A stretch of 62,890 nucleotides of DNA, filler included, from Octopus bimaculoides (GCF_001194135.2; 3 parts of 2 records of this genome joined end to end with filler, not necessarily neighbours in it); one strand, 5' to 3'. Shown: positions 36,451-50,350, counted from the whole stretch's first letter. The notes: generated by a model from the sequence alone, not told the origin. A program made the numbers and translations.

Positions 36451-37739
36451 GTATCCATATAGGTTACTAGCAGGTTCTCCTGCTGGGTATTATTTCTGAA
36501 ATAATATATATAGGTGTCTCTGTGAACTATTTTGGGGAAAATTATTCTGTTGAAAAGGAAATTAAAGCTGCATCAGATAATAATTTCAACATTTTTAGTT
36601 ACTGTAATAATGTATCAATAAAAACTCCCTTAAAATTGTGAATAGAGATTAGATTATACGATTACTTATCTAACAGCACTCAACCTTTAAATATATTTCT
36701 TTGAAGATTTTGAAACACTAAAACTCATGCAATAAAGCTAGATGAAAAATGTAATCATAAGAATAATTATTATTGATAATGAAAGTGAACATTTCTTTTT
36801 TTAGGTATTTCTTTTTAAAGATATTCTGTTGATTTATCATTCATATTTTTATAAATATCACCATTTTGAAGTTTACGTATTCTTGTAAAATATACAGCTG
36901 AATTTGAAGTTTATTTATACAAAACTGATTCAATGTTTCACAAATTCCTAATATAAAAAGAATACTGCTTTATTTTAATTACACTGTGCAGTGAATAACT
37001 GTTGGGTATTGTTTTGTTTAGAAACATAGATGAACGAAAAACACTTTAGGAATATCACGCTTGCAGTCAACCATAGGTGTAGGTCTACAGAGAATATATC
37101 CTATGTTTGCAAACGAAATTTCGTTTATTAATTTCCGTAAATAAACAATTATGTTCTCACCTAGTGTGAAGTTGTATAGGACATTTTATCTGAGCCTTTT
37201 ATGGGAATGCACTCTCAAATAAATAGGTTTAAAAAGAGAAAGAAATGCGCTAATTTTAACGGAATTTTTCTTGCTATGTTACAGGGCAACATAGTTCACT
37301 GAAAAAAGTGAACGAATCACTGAATATAATGTGGTAGAGAAATTGAATTAGAGAATAAATTTAAGGAGTTTGAAAGTCTGAGGAGTACAAAAGTCGAATG
37401 GATACATTTCGAATATTGCTGGTTTACATCCTAATCGTCATTTTTACTGGATCAATAAGCGTTTATACAGCAAGGCTTTGCCTCAGTGACTTCACAAAAG
37501 CATTATTTTTCAGGTTTACAAACTGATCGATGAAAATTAAGCAAATAAGTTGAAGTAAATGTCTGATATACACATCTGCTTTCAACAACCTTATATTTAT
37601 GAGACAGCTGCGATACTTTAGATAAGGAAATATCTATTCTGTACTATTTCATGTGAAATTCGCACACCTTATCTATAGAAGCAAATATGTATGTGTGAGT
37701 ATGTATGTGTGTATTGTGAAAACAATGAGTAAAATAAAA

Positions 37740-38060
37740 AGAAAAGTGACAACACAAATGGGAGAATTTTTAAGAAATAATTTATTTGTTTAACGCTTAA
37801 AACAGAACGAAAAGTATCTTAACGTTTCAGTCGCAAGTTCTTCATCAGAACAAAAGTATAGGAGGAAAGTGAAGTAGGAGTGTAAAAAAGAAAAAGGGGT
37901 TAAGGAGAGAAAAAGAAGAAGGTTAAGGGAGAGATAGGAATACAATTCTATGGGCGACTTAAGAAGGGAAGAGAGGCGGGTGTTTGTCTACATGTATAGG
38001 AGTGTATCCTTGTTTTGAGAGGAGGGGAGAGTGGGGAGTGATGAGTGAATTGTTTTATAA
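37740..38060 (-). mobile_element. Probable Penelope terminal repeat remnant with a degenerate hammerhead
   Basis: Pyrimidine-rich tract on the minus strand followed by CTGATGA-A-GAACTTGCGACT-GAAACGTT (37821-37848). Confidence 0.5.
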
Positions 38061-39244
38061 GCACACACAGTTACATTCATATATTTACATCAAGATATAA
38101 CAACCATATTTCGACTTTTAAGCACCGTGATAACTACCCTTTCGGGTTTAATTTGGAAACTTAAAGGCGAAAGGACCAACTACGATATCAAATAGAAAAT
38201 CCTTTCCGAAACCAGACTTTATATTAACGGGTCCGAAAAATGTCCAATATGTTCGCTTGAAAAACTACGTCTCTTAAAGAACCTGAAAGCCTCCAACGAT
38301 TGCGTAAATTCTAGGAACAAATTTCGCTGAATATAATTTTCTTCAGAAAAACAATTCGCTATATAATTTGTTCATTTAGCGAACAGTTTGTATATGCTCT
38401 CACAGCAATTATACGCTTGCGAGAACCACTTGTGGTTCGTTGTTCTGATTTTAGTCAGGAGAGAAAATGGACTCTCAGTCGCTTATACGCTAACATACTC
38501 TTCTCGTTGATCGTTAATCAAACTGCAGCTCATTATGCGGGTTTAATTTTCTTGAGAAAAATTTATTGTTTTTCAATTTGTTCGCTTAGAGAACCGTCCG
38601 AACATGAAGTACTCCACTGTGTATTCATCATAAGTTATATATATATAAACACACACATACACGCATACATACGCACATATACATGTAACGCATATATCTA
38701 TATGTACATTGCAATTCCACCTGTCTTTTCTGTTGGTTCACAATACAACATATTTTGGTATGTATATTTCTGCATCTGCAATATCGAGTTTTAGATGAGT
38801 TTCGGTGAATGCTATGCATAAAACTTAATTGCATGCAACAAAATCTCTCAGTTGTAACAGTCGAATAATGTTTAGTAACATTATCGATGTGACATCTGTG
38901 CTGATGTCAGTGGTAGTACTCTGGATCCATTGGCTCCATTGGATCCATTGGCTCCATTGGATCCATTGTTTTTTGGTGGGATGGCTTCAACTCTGAAATT
39001 AATGTACACAATCTTTTGGGGAATGCACAAAAATGATTGTTGCTCAGCTGCAACCCTTACGACTTCACTTGAATAGGACTTATTATTGGAAATAGTGCGC
39101 GTTAAAATTGTATATTTTCGTTTTGGTGCTGGTGGTGCGTGATTTTTTACCCTTTGGTATCTTTGTTTATCCTGCAGTCATTTTTGCGGGGAGGTTTTTG
39201 TCTTCTCTCATGCAGCTATGGTACGGTTTTGGGTGTGTGAAACG

Positions 39245-40200
39245 GTAGTCTACCCCATCGCCCCCATGCCAGCAGGCACCACGCAAGTAGAATTTATGTA
39301 GTCACGTGTGCTCTCTCTTTTTTTCTGGAGATAGACGGAGGGGGCCAAGTCAGGAAAGTAAGGTGAGAGGTTTACCAATTCGAAGCCAAAGTCGCGTATT
39401 TTCCGTTGAGTTTCATATGCCGTGTGTGTTGTGTGTACTTTGTTTGTTGTGTGTACTTTGTTTGTTGTGTGTACTTTGTGTGTTGTGTGTGCTAGTGCAT
39501 CGTACTGCAAAAATAGCACACCACGGCTCAGATTTCCACACTTGGCATTTCTGCTTCGAAGCTTCATGCAGTTCGTCCAACAGAGACGTGATATTCTGCG
39601 TTGATGGAGCGGCCCTTAGGTAGGTATTTTACGAGGAGCACTCCGTCTTTGTGCTGGAACACTGAAGCTAGAATATTTCCAGCTGTGAAGCGCTGTGGTG
39701 CCTCTTCATTGATTGCTGCTTGGTTTGCGGGCCGTAATGATAAAGCCAAGTTTCATACATGGTGACTAAACGAGCCACAAAATCAGCTTCTCCAGCTGCA
39801 AAGCGGTCCAAAATCGCGTTTATGTCGTCACTCTGGTGCACTTCTGGTCTGCGTTCAGGCATTTCGGCACCCATTTTGCAGAAAGCTTTCACATGTCCAG
39901 AATGTTGTGGATGAGGTAGCCAGCTCTATCACTTTAGCAATAATCCGGCGGTTCTTAAGAATCATGACGTGTACAGCATTGGCTTTATCTGTGGTGGTGG
40001 TGGTAGCTGTCCGTCCTGACCGGGGTTTGTATGTGACCTCGAAATGATCAATCCGAAACCTTGATGCTCAGATTTTCACTGTGGAGTTTCCTTCATCTCA
40101 CCATGGATTTCCGCTGCTCCTTTGCTTCAATTTTATCAGAATCCACTATAGGAGCTGCCATCATGCGTTAAATCTGCATCATGATTTTTTTTGATATTTT
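39245..40200 (-). mobile_element. Mariner transposase fossil
   Basis: LVTMYETWLYHY.P.TKQQS, AGNILASVF..KDGVLLVKYLPKGRSINAEY, VLFLQYDALAH, SPYFPDLAPS. Confidence 0.85.
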
Positions 40201-40260
40201 CTCCTAAATAGTTGTTCTACCTGCCCTGTAAAAATAACAACTCTACCCTTTCGCAATATA

Positions 40261-40317
<57 letters not shown>

Positions 40318-40417
40318 NNNNNNNNNNNNNNNNNNNNNNNNNNNNNNNNNNNNNNNNNNNNTTAATTAATTAANNNNNNNNNNNNNNNNNNNNNNNNNNN
40401 NNNNNNNNNNNNNNNNN
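40318..40417. other. Artificial scaffold-join spacer
   Basis: 44 N + TTAATTAATTAA (40362-40373) + 44 N. Confidence 0.92.
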
Positions 40418-41499
40418 TATATATATATCTGAAGGGGTGTGCATGTGTATGTCTGTGTAGAAAAGAAATGTAGCAATGTAGATACGCATACATTGTAAAA
40501 TAGAGATAGATTTGCTATTTAGTATTATATCTAGATAAATAGATTACTTAACAACACGTGTTGCTAAGCAATCTATTTATCGGGATATCTAGAAATCTAC
40601 AAATCTAGCTATCAAAATAGATATACTTTATACGGCTTGCATTTTATATGGATTCAATTATTCTATGAATTTTAATTATTCCATAGCATTAATGTTATTA
40701 CAGGTGTTTGTGTGATTTTGTTTAAACGTTAGATACGTGTAATAAAAGCGAATCCCCTTTTCCACTGAATTTCAATAATAAAACCTAAAATATGGTGTAT
40801 TATATTTATTTACAAATATATTTTGCTAAAATAAACCCATATAAAGTTGCATTTTATTAAATAAACTAAAATAAAAGAAATGTTATCTGAAAATTTCATT
40901 CAATCGTGTTCACAAAATCCTTTTGATTTATTAAATAAATATGAATACACAAACTGATCCCATATTTCACAGAATAAATTTTGCATATATATAAAACATT
41001 ATTTGCTTTGCTCCATGTTGTATGCTCCAGGGAAATTCGAATTAAGGATTTAATGAATCACAGTCTATTCCCACTGAAACAAATATTTCAATTACACTGC
41101 TAATAATTTTTTTCATGAGATGAATATCATTACAAATTCATCTTCTAACCCCAAAATTCAGAGATGTTAAGCCTCGACAAGGCATCCAAATCTTTATACT
41201 TCTAGTCGTTATCTTAGATATGACTTTAAAATGACATCACATACATTTTCACATTTTTCCTATAGTCATTGTGCATTTTCAGATTTCTCCTATACTCATT
41301 GTACATTGTACATTATACGCTAAGATGTACATGATTGTTTTCATGTACATAAACATATATTCGGTTGGAAAGGTCCTATTGCAGTTATTTACCTGATTAC
41401 CTTGTGATTAGTTCATTTCTTTAACATACGAAAAATAGGGATTTACTTTTGCATTTTAATTGTTCCTTTTTCGTTTTTTTTTTTTGGAGGGGGGGCTTT

Positions 41500-42080
41500 C
41501 TTTGCAAATTAATTTATACCATATTGGTTAAATTCGTTTCGCGTTTATTCTTATTTGTTCAAAATGAGACACATATCAGGCATCGCATGCTGTATGAATT
41601 CAAAATGTGTTCTTCACCAATGGAAACGGTACGAAATATTCGTTCATTTAATGAAAATGAAGCTATAATTGTCTGAACATATCAAGGATATTCGGACCAG
41701 TAACACTCGGGATATTTCTCTTTCAGATTCCCCTCGATCTAAAAGAAAAAAATTCCCGTCAATATCGAGCTACTGAAAATCGTAGTTGAGAAACATCCAA
41801 AGTAAATTGCACGAGAGTTGTCAAAACAATTTAGTTTATGGCATACCTCGGTTGTAAAACACTTGTTTGAAGTTGGAAATTGTCTAACCTGAGTCAATGT
41901 TTCTCTCATCGACTGACAGCTTCGCATCTCAATCAGAGTTACCCCTTTCACGTCATTGCAGAGTAGATATGATACTATCATTTTCTGGGTAGAATCATCA
42001 TAAGCAATGAAAGTGAGTTCTCTGTAACCATACCCATTGGTTGACACTAAAATATTGCCAACAGCTTCCGTGAATTTTTT
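41500..42080 (+). mobile_element. Mariner transposase N-terminal fossil
   Basis: HIRHRMLYEFKMCSSPMETVRNI and LKIVVEKHPK*IARELSKQF...HTSVVKHL. Confidence 0.65.
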
Positions 42081-42794
42081 CCGTGATAAGTAAAATGAAA
42101 CTCCATCTCATTTGCAGTTTACTATTTTACCGACATATACAAAATGCACTGTCAAATTCCGTAAGATTGGCTTCATTAAACACTGTACCATAGCCTTGTT
42201 TTGCTATAAAAGAAATAGGAAAATTTTGTAGAACGTATCTATACAAAAAATGGTATATTGGAAATGACATGACTTAAACTGTGAAAAGTATTAACAACGA
42301 AGTGTTATGACCCAAGGAAATCGTATCCTCTTTTATGATGCTTCACACTGTTGCTCACTCTCCAAATAAGTGGTTAAGCCACAACTGACAATAAGGAATA
42401 ATAAAGTAAAGTATTTTTCATTTTCCGACATTGAATGGAAAATAAAGGAGAATCTATGTCCGATCGTATATCCGATATTAGAAACGAAAATTCTCCAGGG
42501 ATCAGCAATATTTTTATATGCGTGGTGTTTATTTGAGAAAATCGTGTTTCATTAGTCGATTGTAAAATATTGCTCAATAATTGTTCTTTTTTTTTTTTTT
42601 CAAGAGGATGTGTTCCCCGAACAACAAAATGGATATAAAAAACGAGAGGAATAAACATTAATAAGGATTATTGCTGAATTTATGCAAGCAGCACTCGAAG
42701 CCATATATGTACGAGGGACAATAAAAATTGTGAGGTTCGACATGGTGGAGGTAATTTATTGAAAGCTGAATGGAAAGACGAAGAGAGAGAGAGG

Positions 42795-42863
<69 letters not shown>

Positions 42864-43323
42864 TAGGATGTCAGTCGTAACTACAACAGCAAAAAACAAA
42901 TGCTACAATTTCAGCTGTACCCACTTACAAGGAAGAAAATAACAGAAAGTATCATGGAGAATAATAACAATCTCAATAGCGACAAAAGTAATATTGCTAA
43001 TAAAACGGTTGATAATGAGGACGACTAGAAGAAGGAAAAGAACACGTATTAAAAAATAGGTTTAACTGGGATATAAATAATTTGTTTATGCCTGCTAAGC
43101 ATTATGGAAAGCTTGTAAAAAAAAAGAAAAAGAAAAATTAAGCATGAACAAACACAAGGAGACACACACAATTATCAACATACACAAACACACACGCACA
43201 CACACAAACGCAGATATACACATATAAGCACACACACGCACAAACACACATGAATACAGACGTAGAGACATAAAAAAATTACACTGATATATTAACGTTA
43301 TTTCTCTCTCTCTCACTCGCTTT

Positions 43324-43400
<77 letters not shown>

Positions 43401-44084
43401 TATATGCATGTATGTGTGTATGTATGTATGCATGTATGTATGTATGTGTTTATGTATGTAAGTATGTATGCATATATATGTGTGTATGTGTATGTATTCG
43501 TACACACACATGCACACACACACACATATACATACATATGTATGTGTGTGTGTGTGTACATGTATGTGTGTGTATGTATGTAAATGTTAGTCATAGAAAC
43601 GTGGAAATAGGATGTGTATGTTTCTATATGTGATTTTTTGCTAGTTAGAAATATTTTAGCGTTTGTTTGTCCATATTTCTTTTTTTTTTTTTTTTTTTTT
43701 GTAATAATATTTTACAAATTCATTCACACGGCAAAATTATTTTCATATATTTTGCTTTATTTCTAGTTTCCCAAACCCCACCAATTCTTTATGTTTGCAA
43801 TTCGTCTCTAAAAACTGTTTCACATATCACTCACTGCTGAATGAGTCCTTGAATGCGGTTACTGGGAAATTTAAATAAAAATGGAGAAAAAAAATATCTG
43901 TGTGGAATAAATGTTAAGAAGACAGTTGTCAGGAAATGGGTGAAATAGCAAAGCTGCAACCACCTCTCTATCTTGCGATGGAATTGATTGTTCAGCAGAA
44001 TCGATAGAGCACGAGGCAGGGCAACACTGCTGGTTGGTTGCGACTTTTTTTTCAGTAGAACCATCATTGATGTCGTCGACCTTA

Positions 44085-44129
44085 TCCTCCCCCTCCTCCT
44101 CCTCCTCCTCCTCCTCCTCCTCCTCCTCC

Positions 44130-44163
<34 letters not shown>

Positions 44164-44174
44164 TATCATCATCA

Positions 44175-44207
<33 letters not shown>

Positions 44208-44528
44208 TCATCACCACCATCACTACTACCACTGCCACCACTATTATCATTATTACCATCACTACTATCACCATCACCAGCATCACAACCATCACAATCA
44301 TGATCACCATCACCGCCACCAGCATCACTATCATCATCATCATCATCATCATCATCATTATCACCATTATCACCATCACCAGCGCCACCACCACTATCAT
44401 CATTACCATAATCACCNNNNNNNNNNCACCATCACCAGCGCCACCACCACTATCATCATTACCATAATCACCATCATCATCCCCATCACCATCATCATCA
44501 ACATCATGCTTATCAGCATCAGCATCAC

Positions 44529-44561
<33 letters not shown>

Positions 44562-44580
44562 TATCATCATCATCATCAGT
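44085..44580. repeat. Compound trinucleotide microsatellite (CCT/CAT/CGT/CAC)
   Basis: Directly visible tandem arrays. Confidence 0.95.
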
Positions 44581-44599
44581 GCCTGGACATTACCGTCAC

Positions 44600-44850
44600 G
44601 AATCCTAGGATTCTTAGGGCAGGTTATCCTATTTCTGTGGTGTCTAAGTGACAGTGATCACAACCTTGCCCCTAGAACGGAGGGCACCAGTTCGTCGCAA
44701 TGTTAATCATTTACAGTTGAGTGGCTCGTAACGAGGCGAAAGGAATTGTTTTGTTTAGGTACAGAATGGCACCACCCGATCAAGGAATCGAAATCATGAC
44801 CTTGAAATGCTGAACGCAACTGTCTGATCTCAAGGACAAGCGCCTTCAGA
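44600..44850 (-). mobile_element. Degenerate tRNA-derived SINE with a conserved central domain
   Basis: Minus strand shows a B-box-like TTTCGATTCC and CACTCAACTGTAAATGA, related to 2160-2400; the (CAT)n array lies at its 3' end. Confidence 0.5.
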
Positions 44851-45808
44851 ACTTACGCACTGCACTATAATTCTCATAGAGTTGACTTTAACTTGCAACC
44901 TTTCCTGGTCGAGGACTTGGCCTCGTGACTGGCACGAACTGATTAAGATTTGGGAACGATCTGGTACCTGACAAGGGTTCTGGATTATTTTACCAGATTT
45001 TTTTTTCACTTAATTGTTGAGAGCGGTCGGGTTCGTTTTTAGTATTCTCGCTTGTGAGAGCAGTTGAGTTTATTTCAGATATTCTCATTTTAACAATCAT
45101 CTCCGGCTAATCGTTGAGAGAACATTGGTGTTGCCTTGGCTGAGGTTTACGCTCTCTGAGTGTTCTTCTTTGAATTTAAATCAATTTCCCCATCTGACCT
45201 CTCTGTTCCTCTCTCTCAAAAATTGTCGGTTATAAATGAATAATTGTGAACCAAGGGAGATGTGAGCAATGAATAAAGTACTCTAGATCGCTAGAAATTT
45301 TATATAGAAAAGTGTAGGGTGGAAAAACAAACAGGGACGGTGATGGAAAGAACGGAGGAGACACGAATAGAGAAAGAGAAACGGTTTAGTATTAATTTTC
45401 ATTATAATGCAACGTAAATATGTTTATCTAACCTTGTTGTTTCTTCGCTCAGTGGCCGTCCTTCATTTTTCTTCTTTCCCCCACTCATTTACCTCTCTCC
45501 ATCTCTCTCTTTCCCTCTTTCTTCATTCTCCCGTCTCATTTTCCCTCAGTCCTTCTCCTCTTCTCTTGCTGTTTCTCTTCTTTTCCGCTGTCTCCATCTC
45601 AGTTATTATATGTTTCCTCACTTTATTAGTCTCAATGCACCCCAGAATGCATAATTCATTTCCCCCAATCATAAACCTCCACGCGTACTCTCTTCCTTCC
45701 CACAACTCAATGAAATATCAAGTCATTTCTTTCTTTATTGACTTATACTACAGTTTTGTTAGGTGTAGGTGTATGTGTGCGAATATCCATATCTATCTGT
45801 CTATCTAC

Positions 45809-45866
<58 letters not shown>

Positions 45867-46526
45867 GTCTGTCTGTATGTCTGACTGTCTGTCTATCTTC
45901 CTGCCTGTCTGTCTGTATTTGTATATATATATATATNNNNNNNNNNNNNNNNNNNNNNNNNNNNNNNNNNNNNNNNNNNNNNNNNNNNNNNNNNNNNNNN
46001 NNNNNNNNNNNNNNNNNNNNNNNNNNNNNNNNNNNNNNNNNNNNNNNNNNNNNNNNNNNNNNNNNNNNNNNNNNNNNNNNNNNNNNNNNNNNNNNNNNNN
46101 NNNNNNNNNNNNNNNNNNNNNNNNNNNNNNNNNNNNNNNNNNNNNNNNNNNNNNNNNNNNNNNNNNNNNNNNNNNNNNNNNNNNNNNNNNNNNNNNNNNN
46201 NNNNNNNNNNNNNNNNNNNNNNNNNNNNNNNNNNNNNNNNNNNNNNNNNNNNNNNNNNNNNNNNNNNNNNNNNNNNNNNNNNNNNNNNNNNNNNNNNNNN
46301 NNNNNNNNNNNNNNNNNNNNNNNNNNNNNNNNNNNNNNNNNNNNNNNNNNNNNNNNNNNNNNNNNNNNNNNNNNNNNNNNNNNNNNNNNNNNNNNNNNNN
46401 NNNNNNNNNNNNNNNNNNNNNNNNNNNNNNNNNNNNNNNNNNNNNNNNNNNNAGTTCATAGGGTTATGCTCAAGATGGCTCCGTGGTTCACACGTGCCAT
46501 CCTTGCTACATTCACCCATCTTTGTA

Positions 46527-46537
46527 GATAGATAGAC

Positions 46538-46605
<68 letters not shown>

Positions 46606-46606
46606 G

Positions 46607-46661
<55 letters not shown>

Positions 46662-46662
46662 T
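46527..46662. repeat. (TAGA)n microsatellite
   Basis: Directly visible. Confidence 0.95.
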
Positions 46663-47463
46663 ATTTCCACACCTTATTGCACATAACTATATAGAATATA
46701 ATAAGACTACAACTCACTTACAAACACGCGCATGTTACAACCAAGATGAGCACGTAAACCATAACGTAGAGATTTAATGACAAAAGTAGCAATGAATAAC
46801 GTACATTTCCATTGAGTAGAGTACGAACATGATGGCTTGGCAGTCTAAACCTCGAACAGTCGGCATCTGATTGTAAAATCTACATAAACCATATTCAGGT
46901 GTTAGCGCCTGCATAAATCAAAAGCCACTTGCAATAAAAGGATGCAGTGCAGTTGATAACACCGCTCTATGCCGTGAAGATAAGGCTGAGATAACCTGGA
47001 AATGTTGATAGAAATGAATTTGGAAACCTTGAACAAAGCGAAATCTAAGGGTTTGATAACGTGAGAAAAACTAATAAAAAGAATAAATTAAAACAGTTAT
47101 ATTCACAACGCACTGCTATGCATGCATACACTCACTCACACACTCATACACAAATACATACATCACTCTACCTTTCTCTTTCTCTCTTTCTTTCTGTCTG
47201 TATATATATATATATATATATNNNNNNNNNNNNNNNNNNNNNNNNNNNNNNNNNNNNNNNNNNNNNNNNNNNNNNNNNNNNNNNNNNNNNNNNNNNNNNN
47301 NNNNNNNNNNNNNNNNNNNNNNNNNNNNNNNNNNNNNNNNNNNNNNNNNNNNNNNNNNNNNNNNNNNNNNNNNNNNNNNNNNNNNNNNNNNNNNNNNNNN
47401 NNNNNNNNNNNNNNNNNNNNNNNNNNNNATATATATGTATATATATATATATATATACTTAGT

Positions 47464-47935
47464 CCAAACTTTACACACAAATTACTTATGTCCCAAGGAT
47501 GGTCATGCACTATAACATTTTGCCCAGAGCTCCCGCGTAAATGGACCTAAATAGACATAGCTTTTGTGTGTTGGGTCTTCCATACTTCTTCATCCTCTTA
47601 TAAAAGCAAAAGGAAAGATTTTGTTTATTTATTTATTTCTTCTGTTCACCAGCGACGGTGATAAAATTGGCTAGGAACAATGAACATACTTTTCCACAAT
47701 TCTCAACCAATTTTCACCAAACTTTACACACACATTACTTATGTCCCAAGGACAATCATGCACTAATCATTTTGCCCAGATCTCCCGCGTAAATGGACCG
47801 AAATCGACATAGTTTTTTATGTAGGGTCTTCCATACTTTTTAAATCTTTTTATAAAAGTAAAAAGATTTTGTCTATTTATTTATTTCGACTGTCCACCTG
47901 ACACGGAGATTAAGTTGACTAGGAACACTGTACAC
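47464..47935. repeat. Tandem dimer with a 253-bp period
   Basis: CCAAACTTTACACAC...CTCCCGCGTAAATGGACC...GGGTCTTCCATAC...CTAGGAACA starts at 47464 and again at 47717. Confidence 0.9.
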
Positions 47936-48704
47936 GATGAATATCCAAAACCAAACAGTTTTAATCTCCATATTTAAACTGCATTAAACTTTGGCAAGCT
48001 TATAGGTAATGTTTCCTTCCCTCTCTTCTATTTGTTGATAACATTGTTTACCTACCAATGCATTGTTTCACTTTCAGAATGCTTATTTACTCATCCATTA
48101 TGATATTTCGACTGTTGTCCATTGTTTCAAATACGTTTTAGCATTTTCGTTCTAGCCTTTTCTAAACAATCCCATATAATTTGTCCCAAAGAATCAACCT
48201 TTAAATAAATGTTTTGCTTCCACTAGCGAAAGCTATACGTATCTTTCAGAAAGTGTCATGTCAATTTAACTGTATGCAGTATTTGCTGTTATTTTATGTG
48301 CAGGGTATATGGGAAGACGGAATAAAGGGGCTTTTGTAAGCTGTATCTCCGAAACAATAGCTGCCTCTGCTGTTGAATAAAATAAACTCGAAGAGGGGAA
48401 GTTTCAATGTCTTCCTTCAATTTCATTACATCTTGTATGTGGCTGTTTCTGACAAGAAGTTTTGCTTTCATATAAAAAAACCCTCAAAAAACTATATCTA
48501 TATATATATAGAAATGTTCATGTCAATTTATATATATAGATGTTTTCATGTAACTTATAAAACCATAACATTAAGCTGAAGAACTACTAAACAACTTATA
48601 GTTGAGTACATCTGCACTAAACGTTCACAAGTAGTAGGGTGATAGTGACTTCGAAGTTTTGGTTTCGTGGCTCCTTCGCCAAACTGTATATGTATATAAA
48701 AATG

Positions 48705-48761
<57 letters not shown>

Positions 48762-48784
48762 ATATGTATATATAAATATATATG

Positions 48785-48860
<76 letters not shown>

Positions 48861-50007
48861 CAGACAGATATATGTAAATATACATATATATATACAGAGA
48901 GAAACAGAGAAAGAGAAAGAGAAAGAGAGGGAATGAGAGGACATGGTTGAGTAGTAAGAGAAAGAAAGAGCAAAAGATATGTCGATGCTTACTGGCAGGG
49001 TAATTTCCAAAACGTCTTTCTATTATTGTAATTGCAGTCTTAATATACATGAAGCATTCATTTTATGACTGTTATGAAACACTAATTACAGCAAGTGTAA
49101 TTGCAATGCTACTAAATATGTTTATTCCCATACGTTTTTCTCCGCTAAGAATATTTCTAAACCACTTCACAATTTATAAGTCATCACTTTCATGTTCGAC
49201 AGAAGAGAGAACATCAAGTGACTATCCAGGCGTTATTGTCTTCGTTACCAAGGATTTACGCGAATAAGCGTGTAAAAACACGTGACTGCTTAATCGTATG
49301 TTCATGAAATATAAAGCTGGAGAGAGTGTAATAGATGAAATGAATACAGAGCAATGAAAATCAAAGCGATGCTTGCTAGGTCATTATTTTTAATAATTCT
49401 CTATATGTACATANNNNNNNNNNNNNNNNNNNNNNNNNNNNNNNNNNNNNNNNNNNNNNNNNNNNNNNNNNNNNNNNNNNNNNNNNNNNNNNNNNNNNNN
49501 NNNNNNNNNNNNNNNNNNNNNNNNNNNNNNNNNNNNNNNNNNNNNNNNNNNNNNNNNNNNNNNNNNNNNNNNNNNNNNNNNNNNNNNNNNNNNNNNNNNN
49601 NNNNNNNNNNNNNNNNNNNNNNNNNNNNNNNNNNNNNNNNNNNNNNNNNNNNNNNNNNNNNNNNNNNNNNNNNNNNNNNNNNNNNNNNNNNNNNNNNNNN
49701 NNNNNNNNNNNNNNNNNNNNNNNNNNNNNNNNNNNNNNNNNNNNNNNNNNNNNNNNNNNNNNNNNNNNNNNNNNNNNNNNNNNNNNNNNNNNNNNNNNNN
49801 NNNNNNNNNNNNNNNNNNNNNNNNNNNNNNNNNNNNNNNNNNNNNNNNNNNNNNNNNNNNNNNNNNNNNNNNNNNNNNNNNNNNNNNNNNNNNNNNNNNN
49901 NNNNNNNNNNNNNNNNNNNNNNNNNNNNNNNNNNNNNNNNNNNNNNNNNNNNNNNNNNNNNNNNNNNNNNNNNNNNNNNNNNNNNNNNNNTATATATATA
50001 TATATAT

Positions 50008-50267
50008 ATTAATAGTTATCACCAAGATAACAGGGCAGTCCAGGAAAATAGGACGACTGTTGTCGTGGATTAGCTCCAAGCGGCCATCGCCTCTAGCTAG
50101 CTATGTGACACACAAACCTACATCTTTTACAACCTTCGAACAGGGGAGGTCAGCTTCTTCCCCTTGCTGGTTCAACATCCACAGACTAGTTTCGTGGTGA
50201 TTGCCCTTATCGATGTTGGGTAGCCGAACCAAGCAGGCATCGCTGCTGACTGTCTGCTCGAAGGTTT
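50008..50267 (+). repeat. Second copy of the hairpin-bearing unclassified repeat
   Basis: Starts ATTAATAGTTATC like the reverse complement of 23291-23301; inverted repeat at 50131-50143 / 50254-50266. Confidence 0.8.
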
Positions 50268-50350
50268 GTTTACATATATTCCTTGGAACACGTCCACTAG
50301 TTTTCTGAAACATGAATATCAATATTTCTAAATCTCTCTAAAAGAGACTA

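Noticed and set aside
37398-37526. 42-aa ORF MDTFRILLVYILIVIFTGSISVYTARLC... resembling a signal peptide
   Set aside because: Short hydrophobic ORFs arise by chance in AT-rich DNA; no promoter motifs and only a weak donor
43855-44416. Minus-strand open frame with poly-D/poly-E continuing into EDKVDDINDGSTEKK
   Set aside because: Trinucleotide arrays stay open in several frames by construction; no start, splice support or recognisable domain
44371-44472. 46-bp direct repeat around a 10-N gap
   Set aside because: Exact duplication flanking a minimal gap indicates an unmerged contig overlap
46468-46531. AAGATGGCT start giving MAPWFTRAILATFTHLCR
   Set aside because: Ends in the TAGA microsatellite with no convincing splice donor
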